This document shows positions 35,143 through 47,978 of a DNA stretch of 64,000 nucleotides, in pieces. Made by a program: the position numbers and the translations under genes. Under the pieces are notes generated by a model, which was given only the letters and a program-made list of their open reading frames with translations, was not told the DNA's origin and made no database searches. The stretch comes from Gemmatimonas sp. (GTDB taxonomy: Bacteria > Gemmatimonadota > Gemmatimonadetes > Gemmatimonadales > Gemmatimonadaceae), in NCBI GenBank assembly GCA_965279375.1, contig OZ257156.1, positions 3,296,001-3,360,000 on the forward strand. The letters run 5' to 3'. Within the stretch, counting starts at the first letter, position 1. Every line of letters begins with the position of its first letter.

Positions 35143-37506
35143 CTACTTCTTGGGCTCGACGCCCGGCGGTGCGCCACCGGGCTGTCCGGGCGGCACGAGC
35201 AGTTGCTGCACGGAGGTATCGCCGCCGGGCATGGCCGGTGAGGTCTGCCGGTCGAAGCCGAACACCTTCTCGCGACGCATCGCCTTGGCCACGGCACGCG
35301 AGCTCTGGAAGACTGCCTCGGACTCACGCAGACGACCGGTTGCCGCAAGTGCTTCGGCCAGCGTGATGCCGCTGATCACGTACAGGTCGGGAATGCCGAC
35401 CGACGCATCGTCCACCCAGCCGTCGCGCTTGGCGAGCGACTTGTTGGCGGTGAAGACGTCGTTCCAGAGCGCGAGCGAACGCTTCACATCCACCAGCCCT
35501 TCGCCCTGAATCAGCACCGTGTCCTTGCTGGGGAGGAGCTGATGATCGGACAACTTCTTGGCCATGCCCTGCGTGACGATGTAGCGCTCGAGACCGAGCT
35601 CGTACGGATAGCCACCTGCGGTGCGGCTGAAGTAGATCGGACGCTTGGGGAAAGCATCGCGGATCATGAAGTACACCAGCTGGTCGGCGCGCATCAGCTG
35701 CTGCAGGCGCGGCGTGGCGGTGATGCCGCCGCTCTGGAACGCCATGTTCTGCGGGATCGCGATCGCGAGCGGAATCGCGTCCGCTTCCTCGAAGTTCATC
35801 TTGACCGGCGAACCTTCCGGCTTGGGCCACTGCTGATTGCGATAGATCGCGGGCCCCTTGGCCGCGTCGTACTCGAACACCGGGCGACGAATGAGCTGAC
35901 GCGTGTACCAGTCGGTGTTGAGCAACGACGTGTTGGCCACGACGACGTCCTTGCGAATGCCTTCGACTTCCTGCGCATACCACAGCGGGAAGGTGTCGTT
36001 GTCGCCGACGGTGATCAGGATGCCGTACGGTTCGACCGAGTTGAGCAGATCGCGGGCGAAGTCCGTCGTATCGGTCTGGTTGGAGCGCGACGCCTGCGTC
36101 CAGTTGCCGAAGAGCGGGATGAATGCCACGGCGAGCAGCGGCGTGGCCAGCAGGAAGCTGCGCTGGCGCGGTTCGCTGATCGTTTCGCGGCCAAGCTTCA
36201 CTTCATCCGAACCAAACAGGCTGGCAACGGTCTCCCACAAGTACACGAGTCCGAGCGCGGCCCAGACGCTGAGCGCCGAGAAGCTCCACAGGTAGAAGTA
36301 GTCTCGGTCACGCACTTCGCGGTTCACCGAGTCGCCAAGCTCCGGCGACTGCGAATGCCCGTACTTGAAATTGAGGTAGTAGATCAGCCCCAGTGTCATG
36401 GTGAACACCAGCGGCCCGAAGAACCAGAAACTTCGTCTGTCCTTGCGGTAGTGCATCCACCCGCCGATGCCCACCAGGATGAAGAAGAACACCGCGAGTC
36501 CGTTCTGCAGCCCGGGACGCTCGCCGTACGCATCGCGCAGCCACTGCCACTTCCAGTAGAGCCACCACATCCCCATCTGCGCCGTGAGGGGCGCCTGACG
36601 CTCGCCCAGCTCCGGCTTGCCGTACTGACCGCGATTGAAGTTGTACATGAAGCGGTCGTACGTCAGCGCCGAGAAAGTGCAGCTGGCCTTGAGTTCCATG
36701 GCGCAGCCGGTCGGCTCGCCTTCGTTCATGGCGGGGAAGTGCGCCGCGCGAATGGGCTGCGTGGCAAAGGGCGTGATGCCGAACGCGAGCGCTGCAGCGC
36801 ACGCCAGCAACAGCTTCCAGCGCAGCACGGTCCTAGGGCTGCGCACCAGCACTGCAAAGCCCACCGCAGGCGCCGCGAGCATGCCGGCCATGTGGTTCGC
36901 GTAGCCCAATCCCAACAAGTACGCCACGAGCACCAGCAGACGGTCTGCGCCCGGCTCTTCCGGGTCGTCGCACCAGCGCACGGTGAGCCAGCAGACGATA
37001 GCCAGACCGAGTAGCGAGACCGTGTACACCTTCTCGTTCACCACCGACTGATTCCACACCGTGAACGCCGTCGCGCCGATCAATGCCGCCAGCGATCCGC
37101 CGGCGATGCGCTGCCAACGACGCGGCAACCACGACACCAGCACGCGTTCGGTCACGAGGAACCAGAAGGCCGCGGACACCGCGCTCGAAACGGCCGCCAG
37201 CACGTTGATCCGCATCGCTACCGTGGGCGCGATCGGCAGGATCGAGAAGACGCGCCCGATCAGTACGAAAAACGGGTTGCCGGGCGGATGCGGAATGCCC
37301 AGCACGTAGGCCGCGGTGATGTACTCGCTCGTGTCCCACATGGACGTCGTCGGCGCGAGCGTGATGATGTACAACAGGAAGACCACCAGCCCCGCGATGG
37401 TGGCGGCGAGGTACGACGGTCGGTAGTCGAGTTCGGCCACACCAGCTTTGGAGCTGGTCGTGGACCCAACGGCGGCAGTCGCGGATGCGGTGGCGGCGAC
37501 GGTCAT
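35143..37506 (-). CDS. DUF2723 (TMEM260-like, GT-C fold) integral membrane glycosyltransferase
   Basis: TLAPTTSMWDTSEY...GIPHPPGNPFF, EKVY, REVRDRDYFY and GDNDTFPLWYAQEVEG motifs; about 11-13 TM helices plus a soluble C-terminal domain; start ATG 37506. Confidence 0.85.
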   Translation of the reverse strand: MTVAATASATAAVGSTTSSKAGVAELDYRPSYLAATIAGLVVFLLYIITLAPTTSMWDTSEYITAAYVLGIPHPPGNPFFVLIGRVFSILPIAPTVAMRINVLAAVSSAVSAAFWFLVTERVLVSWLPRRWQRIAGGSLAALIGATAFTVWNQSVVNEKVYTVSLLGLAIVCWLTVRWCDDPEEPGADRLLVLVAYLLGLGYANHMAGMLAAPAVGFAVLVRSPRTVLRWKLLLACAAALAFGITPFATQPIRAAHFPAMNEGEPTGCAMELKASCTFSALTYDRFMYNFNRGQYGKPELGERQAPLTAQMGMWWLYWKWQWLRDAYGERPGLQNGLAVFFFILVGIGGWMHYRKDRRSFWFFGPLVFTMTLGLIYYLNFKYGHSQSPELGDSVNREVRDRDYFYLWSFSALSVWAALGLVYLWETVASLFGSDEVKLGRETISEPRQRSFLLATPLLAVAFIPLFGNWTQASRSNQTDTTDFARDLLNSVEPYGILITVGDNDTFPLWYAQEVEGIRKDVVVANTSLLNTDWYTRQLIRRPVFEYDAAKGPAIYRNQQWPKPEGSPVKMNFEEADAIPLAIAIPQNMAFQSGGITATPRLQQLMRADQLVYFMIRDAFPKRPIYFSRTAGGYPYELGLERYIVTQGMAKKLSDHQLLPSKDTVLIQGEGLVDVKRSLALWNDVFTANKSLAKRDGWVDDASVGIPDLYVISGITLAEALAATGRLRESEAVFQSSRAVAKAMRREKVFGFDRQTSPAMPGGDTSVQQLLVPPGQPGGAPPGVEPKK

Positions 37507-37618
37507 GAGGCGGACGGAAGGGTTCAACAACGAGTGCTCCCAGTACAGCTCCCAAAGTTGGCGGAGGGGGGCCACCCAGACAACTCGGCCGCCCCGCTTT
37601 TCGCCACATTGACGCGGG

Positions 37619-40267
<2,649 letters not shown>

Positions 40268-40274
40268 GGCGAGC

Positions 40275-40832
40275 TCAGTCGGCTGTCAGCGCGCGCTGCA
40301 GGAATGCGCGCGCGATGACCCAGTCTCGTTTGACGGTCCGTTCGGACACGCCGAGCACCTGGGCCGTCTGTTCGACGGACAGACCGCCGAAGTAGCGGAG
40401 CTCGACGACCTTGGCTTGGCGCGCATCGAGTGCCGCGAGTTGCTCGAGTGCGGCGTCCACCTCGAGCAGCTGCTCCGATTCCTGTGCCGCGGCGTCCATG
40501 CCATCGCGCAGTCGCACGACGTTGTCACCACCGCGCTTTTCGGCGCGACCACGACGCGCATGGTCCACGAGAATACGCCGCATCACCGTGGCCGCGATGG
40601 CGTAGAAGTGCCCGCGGTTCTCGAAGGTCGCATCGCGCTGATCGATCAGCCGCAGGTAGGCTTCGTGCACCAGCGCTGTGGGCTGCAGCGTGTGGCCCTC
40701 CGCTTCGTGCTGCAGCGAACGCGCGGCCATGCGGCGCAGCTCGTCGTAGACCAGCGGCAGCACCGCGTCGTACGCGCCGGGCTGTCCGAGCTGGACGCGC
40801 TGCAGCAGCGCGGTGATGGAGGAGGCGGGCAC
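40275..40832 (-). CDS. ECF sigma factor, kinase-associated (ECF43/TIGR02999-like)
   Basis: ITALL...LPLVYDELRRMA, HTLQPTALVHEAYLRL, MRRILVDHAR and VVELRYFGGLS...SERTVKRDW motifs; probable GTG start at 40832. Confidence 0.9.
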   Translation of the reverse strand: MPASSITALLQRVQLGQPGAYDAVLPLVYDELRRMAARSLQHEAEGHTLQPTALVHEAYLRLIDQRDATFENRGHFYAIAATVMRRILVDHARRGRAEKRGGDNVVRLRDGMDAAAQESEQLLEVDAALEQLAALDARQAKVVELRYFGGLSVEQTAQVLGVSERTVKRDWVIARAFLQRALTAD

Positions 40833-40957
40833 CTGGCAACGATCCGGATGGGGTCGCCGGAGCGTACGCGTTGGGCGGGGGCGGAGCAAGAAGGCCTGCA
40901 TGCTTACTCCGCGTGATCCCCGCCCAAACCGGGCCATCCGAACGACGAACGTGCCGA

Positions 40958-42490
40958 CTAGTGCCGGAAGAGGCGCTCGCCCGTAAAGATCATCGCGATG
41001 CCATGTTCGTCGGCCGCGGCGATCACTTCCGCGTCACGCACCGAGCCACCGGGCTGCACGATCGCCGTCACGCCTGCTGCGGCCGCTTGATCGATGCCGT
41101 CACGGAACGGGAAGAAGGCGTCGGAGCCAAGCGCGGAACCGGCGGTCGCGTGTCCGGCGCTCTGCGCCTTGTGGGCCGCCAGGAACGACGAGTCCACGCG
41201 CGACATCTGCCCTGCGCCGATGCCGATGGTCGCGCCGTCGCGCACGAGCACGATGGCGTTGGACTTCACGCTCGCGACCGAGCGCCACGCGAAGGCGAGA
41301 TCGCGCTGCTCCTGCTCGGTGGGCTGGCGCTTGGTGACGGTTTCCCAGCGCGCCGGATCGGTCGCGGTGGGCGCACGATCCTGCACCAGCAGCCCGCCAC
41401 GCACCCGTTTGAAGTCCATGCCGCCGGCGGGCCACTGCGCGCTGCCGGCCAGCACGCGCAGGTTCTTCTTCTTGCCGAGAATGTCCACCGCTTCGTCGGC
41501 GAAGGAGGGCGCCACGATGCACTCGACAAACAGGCTGGAGATCGCTTCGGCGGTGGCCGCATCCACCGGCACCGAGAACGCGATCACGGAGCCGAACGCC
41601 GACACTGGATCGCAGGCGAGCGCCTTCTGGTAGGCGTTGAGCGCATCCGTGCCTGTGGCGAGGCCGCACGGCGTGGTGTGCTTGATGATCGCACAGGCCG
41701 GCTGCGCACCGAACGGCTCGATGGCGAGCATGGCGCCTTCGAGATCGAGGAAGTTGTTGAACGAGAGCTCCTTGCCGCCCAGCTGCTTGAGCGCGCCCAG
41801 TCCCGTTCCCGTCTTCTCCACGTAGAACGCGGCGCGCTGCTGCGGGTTTTCGCCGTAACGGAGCGACTGCTGCTTCTCGAAGGTGAGCGGATAGCGATCG
41901 GGGAAGGGCTCGTTGCGCTGCGCGGCAAACCACTGCGCGATGGCGGCGTCGTAGCCGCTGGTGTGCGCATAAACCTTCTCGGCCAACAGGCGACGCATCG
42001 ACTGGTCGTCGCTGCCCGCAGCGATGATCTCGAGCACCGGCGCATAGTCGGCCGGGTCCACGATGACCCACACCGCCGCGAAGTTCTTTGCCGCTGAGCG
42101 CAGCATGGACGGGCCGCCGATATCGATGTTCTCGATGACTTCTTCCGGGTGCACGCCTGGCTTGGCCGCCGTCTCGCGGAACGGGTACAGGTTCACGACG
42201 ACGAGGTCGATCGTGCCGATGTTGTGCGCCTTGATCGCGTCCATGTGTTCCGGCAGATCGCGTCGGGCGAGCAGGCCGCCGTGCACCACCGGGTGCAACG
42301 TCTTCACGCGGCCGTCGAGCATCTCCGGGAATCCGGTGATGTCGCTGACGTCGAGCACCGTGAGCCCGCTCTCACGCAACGTGCGTGCGGTGCCGCCCGT
42401 GGACACGAGTTCAAAGCCGAGCTGCGCGAGACGTGTGGCGAAAGGAACCAGTCCGCTCTTGTCGGACACGGAAAGCAGGGCGCGAGGCAT
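40958..42490 (-). CDS. purH: Bifunctional AICAR transformylase/IMP cyclohydrolase
   Basis: [55 protein letters not shown] and SDAFFPF motifs. Confidence 0.97.
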   Translation of the reverse strand: MPRALLSVSDKSGLVPFATRLAQLGFELVSTGGTARTLRESGLTVLDVSDITGFPEMLDGRVKTLHPVVHGGLLARRDLPEHMDAIKAHNIGTIDLVVVNLYPFRETAAKPGVHPEEVIENIDIGGPSMLRSAAKNFAAVWVIVDPADYAPVLEIIAAGSDDQSMRRLLAEKVYAHTSGYDAAIAQWFAAQRNEPFPDRYPLTFEKQQSLRYGENPQQRAAFYVEKTGTGLGALKQLGGKELSFNNFLDLEGAMLAIEPFGAQPACAIIKHTTPCGLATGTDALNAYQKALACDPVSAFGSVIAFSVPVDAATAEAISSLFVECIVAPSFADEAVDILGKKKNLRVLAGSAQWPAGGMDFKRVRGGLLVQDRAPTATDPARWETVTKRQPTEQEQRDLAFAWRSVASVKSNAIVLVRDGATIGIGAGQMSRVDSSFLAAHKAQSAGHATAGSALGSDAFFPFRDGIDQAAAAGVTAIVQPGGSVRDAEVIAAADEHGIAMIFTGERLFRH

Positions 42491-42505
42491 TGCGATGAGG
42501 GGCGA

Positions 42506-43273
42506 TCAGCGAGGAAAGAGACGTGCGACGTCGGAAGCGATCGTCGCCGGGTCGGACAAACTTGGCGCTTCGGGCCGTGGATCGGCCGTCAGGGAAAAGC
42601 GCAGCTCGGGGAAATCGGGCGGAAACGAGATGCCGAATTCGCCGTGCGTGCGGCCATCGTCACCAAGCTCGACGCCGCCGCAGGCTATTGCCGCGACGCA
42701 GAGCGGATAGAGCCGATGCTCCACGCGCAGCACGCGCGCCGCGAGCACCGAGGGCGTGTCGCCGGGGAGCACGGGTACCGGCCACTGCGCCACGATCGCG
42801 CCGCGGTCGAACTCTTCATCCACGAAGTGCACCGTCACGCCCGAGAGCGTAGCGCCCGACTCGAGCACGGCGGCGTGCACGCGCTGGCCGTACATGCCGG
42901 CGCCACCAAACGCCGGCAGCAATGACGGATGCACGTTGAGCATGCGACCGTGGAAGGCACGCACCACGGGAGCGGGTACGAGCTTGAGGTAGCCGGCCAG
43001 GACCAGCAGATCCACGCGCGCGACGGTCAGCGCATCGAGAATGGCGTCTGCGTCAGCCGGGTCTTCGATGACGGCCGTGGGGATCCCGGCGGCGCGCGCA
43101 CGCTCCAACGCGCCGGCATCCGCAGCGTTGGAGGCCACCCATACGATCTCGCCCGCCTGCGACGCACTCGACGCGAAGTGATCGATGAGCGCCTGCAGGT
43201 TGGTGCCACCGCCGGAGACGAGCACGCCGATGCGTGAGACACCAACGCGTGCGACTGTTGCGGAGCCGTTCAT
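42506..43273 (-). CDS. purN: Phosphoribosylglycinamide formyltransferase
   Basis: VLVSGGGTNLQA, LAGYLK, NVHPSLLPAFGG, GVTVHFVDEEFDRG and EHRLY motifs. Confidence 0.95.
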   Translation of the reverse strand: MNGSATVARVGVSRIGVLVSGGGTNLQALIDHFASSASQAGEIVWVASNAADAGALERARAAGIPTAVIEDPADADAILDALTVARVDLLVLAGYLKLVPAPVVRAFHGRMLNVHPSLLPAFGGAGMYGQRVHAAVLESGATLSGVTVHFVDEEFDRGAIVAQWPVPVLPGDTPSVLAARVLRVEHRLYPLCVAAIACGGVELGDDGRTHGEFGISFPPDFPELRFSLTADPRPEAPSLSDPATIASDVARLFPR

Positions 43274-43851
43274 GTGCGTTCCACGAAAAAGGCAGCGATG
43301 TCGTCCAACGCGATGGTGACGGCGTCGAGCACCGACTCGGCAATGCGTATGCGCGGCGAGAGCTGTTCGCGCGTGGCCTCCAGATCGGCCTCAGGCGTTT
43401 CCGCGCCGGGCACCAGCACGCCCAAGCCACCGGTGCTCAGGGCAGGCTGCACGTCACGCCAGCGATCGCCGATGTACGCGGAGCGGGCGAGATCGATGTC
43501 GAATCGTGCGGCGGCCTGCTGATACATACCCAGCTTGGGTTTGCGACAGTCGCAGTCGCCGCCGTGCTCCGCGTGATGCGGACAATGATACGTCGCGTCC
43601 ACCTGCGCTCCGTCGCGCGCGAGCAGCGCGTTGGTGCGGTCGCGCACCGCCTCGTACTGCGCGGTGGTGATCATGCCGCGCGCAATGCCCGACTGATTCG
43701 TCACGACGATCGCGAGCACGCCGGCGGCGTTGACGCGCGACACGGCCGCTGCCGCGCCGCGCAGCAGGCGCACCTGCGCAGGATCAGCGAGGTAGTGCGC
43801 GTCCGCGATGAGCGTGCCATCGCGATCGAGGAAGATGGCCGGACGCGTCAC
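43270..43851 (-). CDS. gmhB: HAD IIIA phosphatase, D-glycero-D-manno-heptose 1,7-bisphosphate phosphatase-like
   Basis: FLDRDGT, VTNQSGIARG, CPHH...CDCRKP and IGDRWRD motifs. Confidence 0.8.
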   Translation of the reverse strand: MTRPAIFLDRDGTLIADAHYLADPAQVRLLRGAAAAVSRVNAAGVLAIVVTNQSGIARGMITTAQYEAVRDRTNALLARDGAQVDATYHCPHHAEHGGDCDCRKPKLGMYQQAAARFDIDLARSAYIGDRWRDVQPALSTGGLGVLVPGAETPEADLEATREQLSPRIRIAESVLDAVTIALDDIAAFFVERT

Positions 43852-45197
43852 GCGGGCGGCTTGCGGGGCGCCGCCGTCGCGCTGTCCTTCTTCACGGTCG
43901 TGCTGTCCTTCTTCACCGGCGCCTTGGGCGTCGTGAGCGTGCGCGCAGGCGAGCGCACGGTGCCCGAGAGGCTCCGAATGGACTGCACCTGCACACGAAA
44001 GATGGACGCGGCAGGCAACGGCTCGGCGAGCGTCACGTACAACTCCGCGTACACCGGATCGCGACGCATCTTGGGCGGCGGTGTGGTGTCGCGCGGCGGC
44101 AACGGCTTGTTGCCGCGGAGAATCGCGAGGCGCCGAGCTTCACGGTCTGCGCGCTCCACCAGAACGAGGCTGTCGAGGCGACGCTTGCGGGCCACCGAGT
44201 CGGCGCGCGCGCGGGCGGCCGCGCTGGTGTCCACCTTCACCGTTTTCGCAATGGAGTCGGCCGTCGCTTTTCGCGCCAGCGAGTCGTAGAGCATTCGGAT
44301 CGGAACGGTTTCGATCTTGACCACACGCAACTCGGTGGAGTCGGACTTCTTGATCGTCACACGGCTCCGGTCGAACACCTGCTCGGGCGAGTACGGCTTG
44401 TCCAACGTCAGCTTGATCACGCGGCCGCTGTCCTGCACGGCCATTTCCGAGATCCGGATCCCGACGGTGTCGTGCGGGAACGTGTACAACTCGGCGTTCG
44501 CGCTCGCCGTGATGGTGCGGCGCGTCGTGTCCCATGATTCGGACGGATCGAGCTCGCGATTGGAATTGCGGTCGCCGTACGCGCGGATGGTGTAATCGCC
44601 CGGCGGCATGTAGCGCAGGTCGTATCGGCCCACGCTGTCGGTCAGCACCTGATAGACGGTGCTGTCGTATCCGATCGCTTCGACCAGCGCCTTGGGCGAC
44701 GGCTTGCCCGCCACCCAGTCGAACACCACGCCGGTGATGCTGGTCTTCGGGATCTCGCCGCCGGTGCTGAACACGAGTCGGATCGTGCTGTCGATGCCGT
44801 TATTCCGCAGATCCGAGATGCCGGGGCTCACCGTGATCGAATAGACGGTGTTCGGCTTCCATCCCTTCTTCGGACTGATGGAGATCTTCGTGCGTCCCCA
44901 GTCCACGCTTGGCTTGCCCGCCTTCGGACTGATGAAGACGAGCTGGTCGAGCGTGGGTGCCCCGCGCGGGGTTTCGCTGATGACTTCATTGAACTGAATG
45001 ACGACGGACTTGGGCTTCGCGCCAACCGCGCCGTTGCCGGGCGAGATCTTGGTGACCCAGGGCGCGTCGAGGTCGGGTGGACCGCCTTCCGGCGCAGTCA
45101 CGTTGGCGCACGCGGCCGCGATGCTGGCGGTGATCGTGGCCGCCAGCACCCACAGCCCAACCGCGCGTACCCGCCGCGACCGAGATCCGTCGCTCAT
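43848..45197 (-). CDS. Lipoprotein with Big_5 (SbsA-like) Ig domain and carboxypeptidase-regulatory-like domain
   Basis: IAAAC lipobox followed by A-x4-P-x-G-G-P-x-D; FNE, W-x-P-N-T-x-Y, DLRNN and FSTG motifs; ATGA overlap with the valS stop. Confidence 0.8.
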   Translation of the reverse strand: MSDGSRSRRVRAVGLWVLAATITASIAAACANVTAPEGGPPDLDAPWVTKISPGNGAVGAKPKSVVIQFNEVISETPRGAPTLDQLVFISPKAGKPSVDWGRTKISISPKKGWKPNTVYSITVSPGISDLRNNGIDSTIRLVFSTGGEIPKTSITGVVFDWVAGKPSPKALVEAIGYDSTVYQVLTDSVGRYDLRYMPPGDYTIRAYGDRNSNRELDPSESWDTTRRTITASANAELYTFPHDTVGIRISEMAVQDSGRVIKLTLDKPYSPEQVFDRSRVTIKKSDSTELRVVKIETVPIRMLYDSLARKATADSIAKTVKVDTSAAARARADSVARKRRLDSLVLVERADREARRLAILRGNKPLPPRDTTPPPKMRRDPVYAELYVTLAEPLPAASIFRVQVQSIRSLSGTVRSPARTLTTPKAPVKKDSTTVKKDSATAAPRKPPA

Positions 45198-47953
45198 GCG
45201 CCGAACGACAGAAGCTTGGCCGCGAGCTGTTCGCGCTTGGCCCGCCACTCCACCAGCTTGGCGCGCTCTGCCTCCACCACGGCGGGAGGCGCCTTGGCGG
45301 TGAACTTCTCGTTGGAGAGTCGACCGTCGAGCGCATCGATCTGCTTGTCGAGCCCCTCCAGTTCGGCACGGATCTTCGCCGCTTCCTTGGCGATGTCGAT
45401 CATGCCGGCCAGTGGCACGATCAGTTCGAGTCCCACGGCCACGACCACGTGCGCTGCCGCGCCCGCCGGTGCCGCATCTGCCATCGTCACCTTGGCACGA
45501 GCCAGCGATCCGATTGTGCCCAACTGCGGCGCCAGCGCGACCGCGAGATCGCCATGGGCCACGAGCGTTGCATCCACCCACGCGCCGGGCTGCACGCCGT
45601 TCTCGTTGCGTACGGTTCGAATCGCCTGCACGACCGAACGGGCCGTGTCGAACGCGTCGCCCGCACTCGTGCGTGTCGCACGCGGACGCGGCCACGCGGC
45701 CTGCGCGATGAACGCGTTGGCTGGCGTCGTCGGGAGCTGCTGCCACAGCTCTTCGGTGATGAACGGGACCACCGGCTGCAACAGCCGCAGCGCGCCGTCG
45801 AACGCATGCGCCAGCACGGCGCGCGCGACTTCGCGATCATCTCCCTCGGCCATGAGGCGCGGCTTGATCGACTCGAGGTACCAGTCGGCGAGCTCGTTCC
45901 ACACGAAGCGACGCGCGGCTTCGGCGTACTCGGACAGGCGCAGCCCCTTGCCGCGCTCCCCCTCGGTCCATGCCACGCCGTCCGCCGGTCGCGCGGGTCC
46001 CAGTGCGGCCTCGCAATCGTTGATCGCCTGATCGAGGCGATCGAGAATCCACGCGTCGGCCGCGGTCAGTGACTCGGGCTTGAGAAGGCTTACGGCGAGC
46101 ACCGGCTCGGTGCCCACGCGTGACAGCAAAAAGCGACCAATGTTCCAGAGCTTCGTGCAGAAGTTGCGCCCCGGCGCGAACGACTTGTCGAGGTCGTTCG
46201 GGTCGAGCATGACGTCCACGCCGAGCCCGAGGCCAGCGACCATCGTCCAACGCAGCGAGTCGGCGCCGTAGAGGCGCACCACGTCCAGCGGATCGATGCC
46301 GTTGCCCAAGCTCTTGGACATTTTGCGGTGCTGCATGTCGCGCACCGTGCCGTGCAGGTACACCGTGTGGAACGGCGACTTGTTCATGAACCAGCAGCCG
46401 GACATCACCATGCGCGAGACCCAGAAGAACAGGATCTCCGGCGCCGTCACCAGCACATCGCCTGGATAGAACGCCTTGAGATCGGCGCTCTCCATATTGG
46501 GCCAGCCCAGCGTGGACATTGGCCACAGCCACGACGAGAACCAGGTGTCGAGTACGTCCTCGTCCTGACGCACCGCGCCGCCGCAGGTAGGGCAGGCGGT
46601 GACGTCGGTGCGCGAGACGATGGGTTGCGCGCCGTGTTCCTTGGCGCACGCATCGCAGTACCACACCGGCACGCGATGGCCCCACCAGATCTGTCGCGAG
46701 ATGTTCCAGTCGCGAATGCCTTCCAGCCAGTTCACATACACCGCTTCCCAGCGATCCGGCAGAATGCGCAGCTCCCCGCTGCGCAGCACGGCCAGCGCGC
46801 GTTCGGCGAGCGGCTGCATGCGCACGAACCACTGGTCGGAGAGACGCGGCTCCACCACCGTGTCGCAGCGATAGCAATGCCGCACACTGTGCTGATGCGG
46901 CTCGATCTTCACGAGCGCGCCAGCGTCCTGCAGCATGGCCACGATCTTCGTGCGCGCCTCGGCGCGGTCCACGCCGCTCAGTGCGGCCGGCACGCGACCG
47001 GCGGCCAGCTCCACTTCGCGCACAATGCCATCGGCGTCGATGATGACGGGCATCGGCAACGCGTGGCGCTTGGCCACTTCAAAGTCGTTCGCGTCGTGCG
47101 CGGGGGTGATCTTCACGGCGCCCGAGCCGAACGCGGGATCGGTGTAGCTGTCCGCCACCACGGGAATGCGCACGCCGTTGAGCGGCAGAATGAGCTCCTT
47201 GCCCACGAACGCCATGTAGCGCTCGTCTTCCGGATTCACCGCCACCGCCACGTCGCCGAGCATCGTTTCCGGGCGCGTCGTGGCCACGGTGATCGACTGC
47301 GTCGGGTCTTCCGCCAGCACGTACTTGAGGTGGTACAGTTTGCCGGCGGTCTCGGTAAACTCGGCTTCCTCGTCGGACAGCGACGTGCCGCAGCGTGGGC
47401 ACCAATGAATCACGCGATGGCCCTTGTACACGAGGCCATCCTCGTGCAGCCGCACGAATGCCTCGCGCACGGCCACCGACAGCTCGGGCGAGAACGTGTA
47501 CGCGGTGCGCGTCCAGTCGGCGCTCGTACCAATCGCCTTGAGCTGGTTGAGAATCTCGCCGCCCGTCTGCTCCACGAACTCGGCCACGCGCTGCACAAAC
47601 GGCTCGCGCCCCACGTCAAAGCGGGTCTTTCCTTCGGCGGCCAGCTGCTTCTCCACCACGTTCTGCGTGGCGATGCCCGCGTGGTCGGTGCCGGGGAGGA
47701 AGAGCGCTTCGTCGCCGGCCATGCGGCGCCAGCGGATCAGGACGTCCTGCACCGTGTTGTTGAGACCGTGGCCCACGTGCAGCACGGCGGTGACGTTCGG
47801 CGGCGGCATCACGATCACGAACGGCTCGTGATCGGCGGCGCGTGCGGCGCTGGCCGTGAACACACCGTGTTCGGTCCAGCGCGGATACCAGGCGGCCTGT
47901 GAAGCGGCCGCATCGTGGTTCGGGGGGAGCGGATTCTGGTCGGGCGATGTCAT
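45194..47953 (-). CDS. valS: Valine--tRNA ligase
   Basis: PPPNVTAVLHVGH, GTDHAGIATQ, ATTRPETM, DWNISRQIWWGH, DVLDTWFSS and KMSKS motifs; C-terminal coiled coil. Confidence 0.97.
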   Translation of the reverse strand: MTSPDQNPLPPNHDAAASQAAWYPRWTEHGVFTASAARAADHEPFVIVMPPPNVTAVLHVGHGLNNTVQDVLIRWRRMAGDEALFLPGTDHAGIATQNVVEKQLAAEGKTRFDVGREPFVQRVAEFVEQTGGEILNQLKAIGTSADWTRTAYTFSPELSVAVREAFVRLHEDGLVYKGHRVIHWCPRCGTSLSDEEAEFTETAGKLYHLKYVLAEDPTQSITVATTRPETMLGDVAVAVNPEDERYMAFVGKELILPLNGVRIPVVADSYTDPAFGSGAVKITPAHDANDFEVAKRHALPMPVIIDADGIVREVELAAGRVPAALSGVDRAEARTKIVAMLQDAGALVKIEPHQHSVRHCYRCDTVVEPRLSDQWFVRMQPLAERALAVLRSGELRILPDRWEAVYVNWLEGIRDWNISRQIWWGHRVPVWYCDACAKEHGAQPIVSRTDVTACPTCGGAVRQDEDVLDTWFSSWLWPMSTLGWPNMESADLKAFYPGDVLVTAPEILFFWVSRMVMSGCWFMNKSPFHTVYLHGTVRDMQHRKMSKSLGNGIDPLDVVRLYGADSLRWTMVAGLGLGVDVMLDPNDLDKSFAPGRNFCTKLWNIGRFLLSRVGTEPVLAVSLLKPESLTAADAWILDRLDQAINDCEAALGPARPADGVAWTEGERGKGLRLSEYAEAARRFVWNELADWYLESIKPRLMAEGDDREVARAVLAHAFDGALRLLQPVVPFITEELWQQLPTTPANAFIAQAAWPRPRATRTSAGDAFDTARSVVQAIRTVRNENGVQPGAWVDATLVAHGDLAVALAPQLGTIGSLARAKVTMADAAPAGAAAHVVVAVGLELIVPLAGMIDIAKEAAKIRAELEGLDKQIDALDGRLSNEKFTAKAPPAVVEAERAKLVEWRAKREQLAAKLLSFGA

Positions 47954-47978
47954 CCGAGAAAACTAAGTACGCGAGGCG

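Noticed and set aside
37536..37556. Short GCTCCCA direct repeat upstream of the DUF2723 gene
   Set aside because: Only two 7-bp copies in GC-rich DNA; may simply be GGGAG SD-like elements on the minus strand.
43848..45746. 632-aa ORF overlapping the valS 3' end
   Set aside because: The first ~183 aa are an out-of-frame read of valS; the real gene starts at ATG 45197 with a signal peptide and lipobox.
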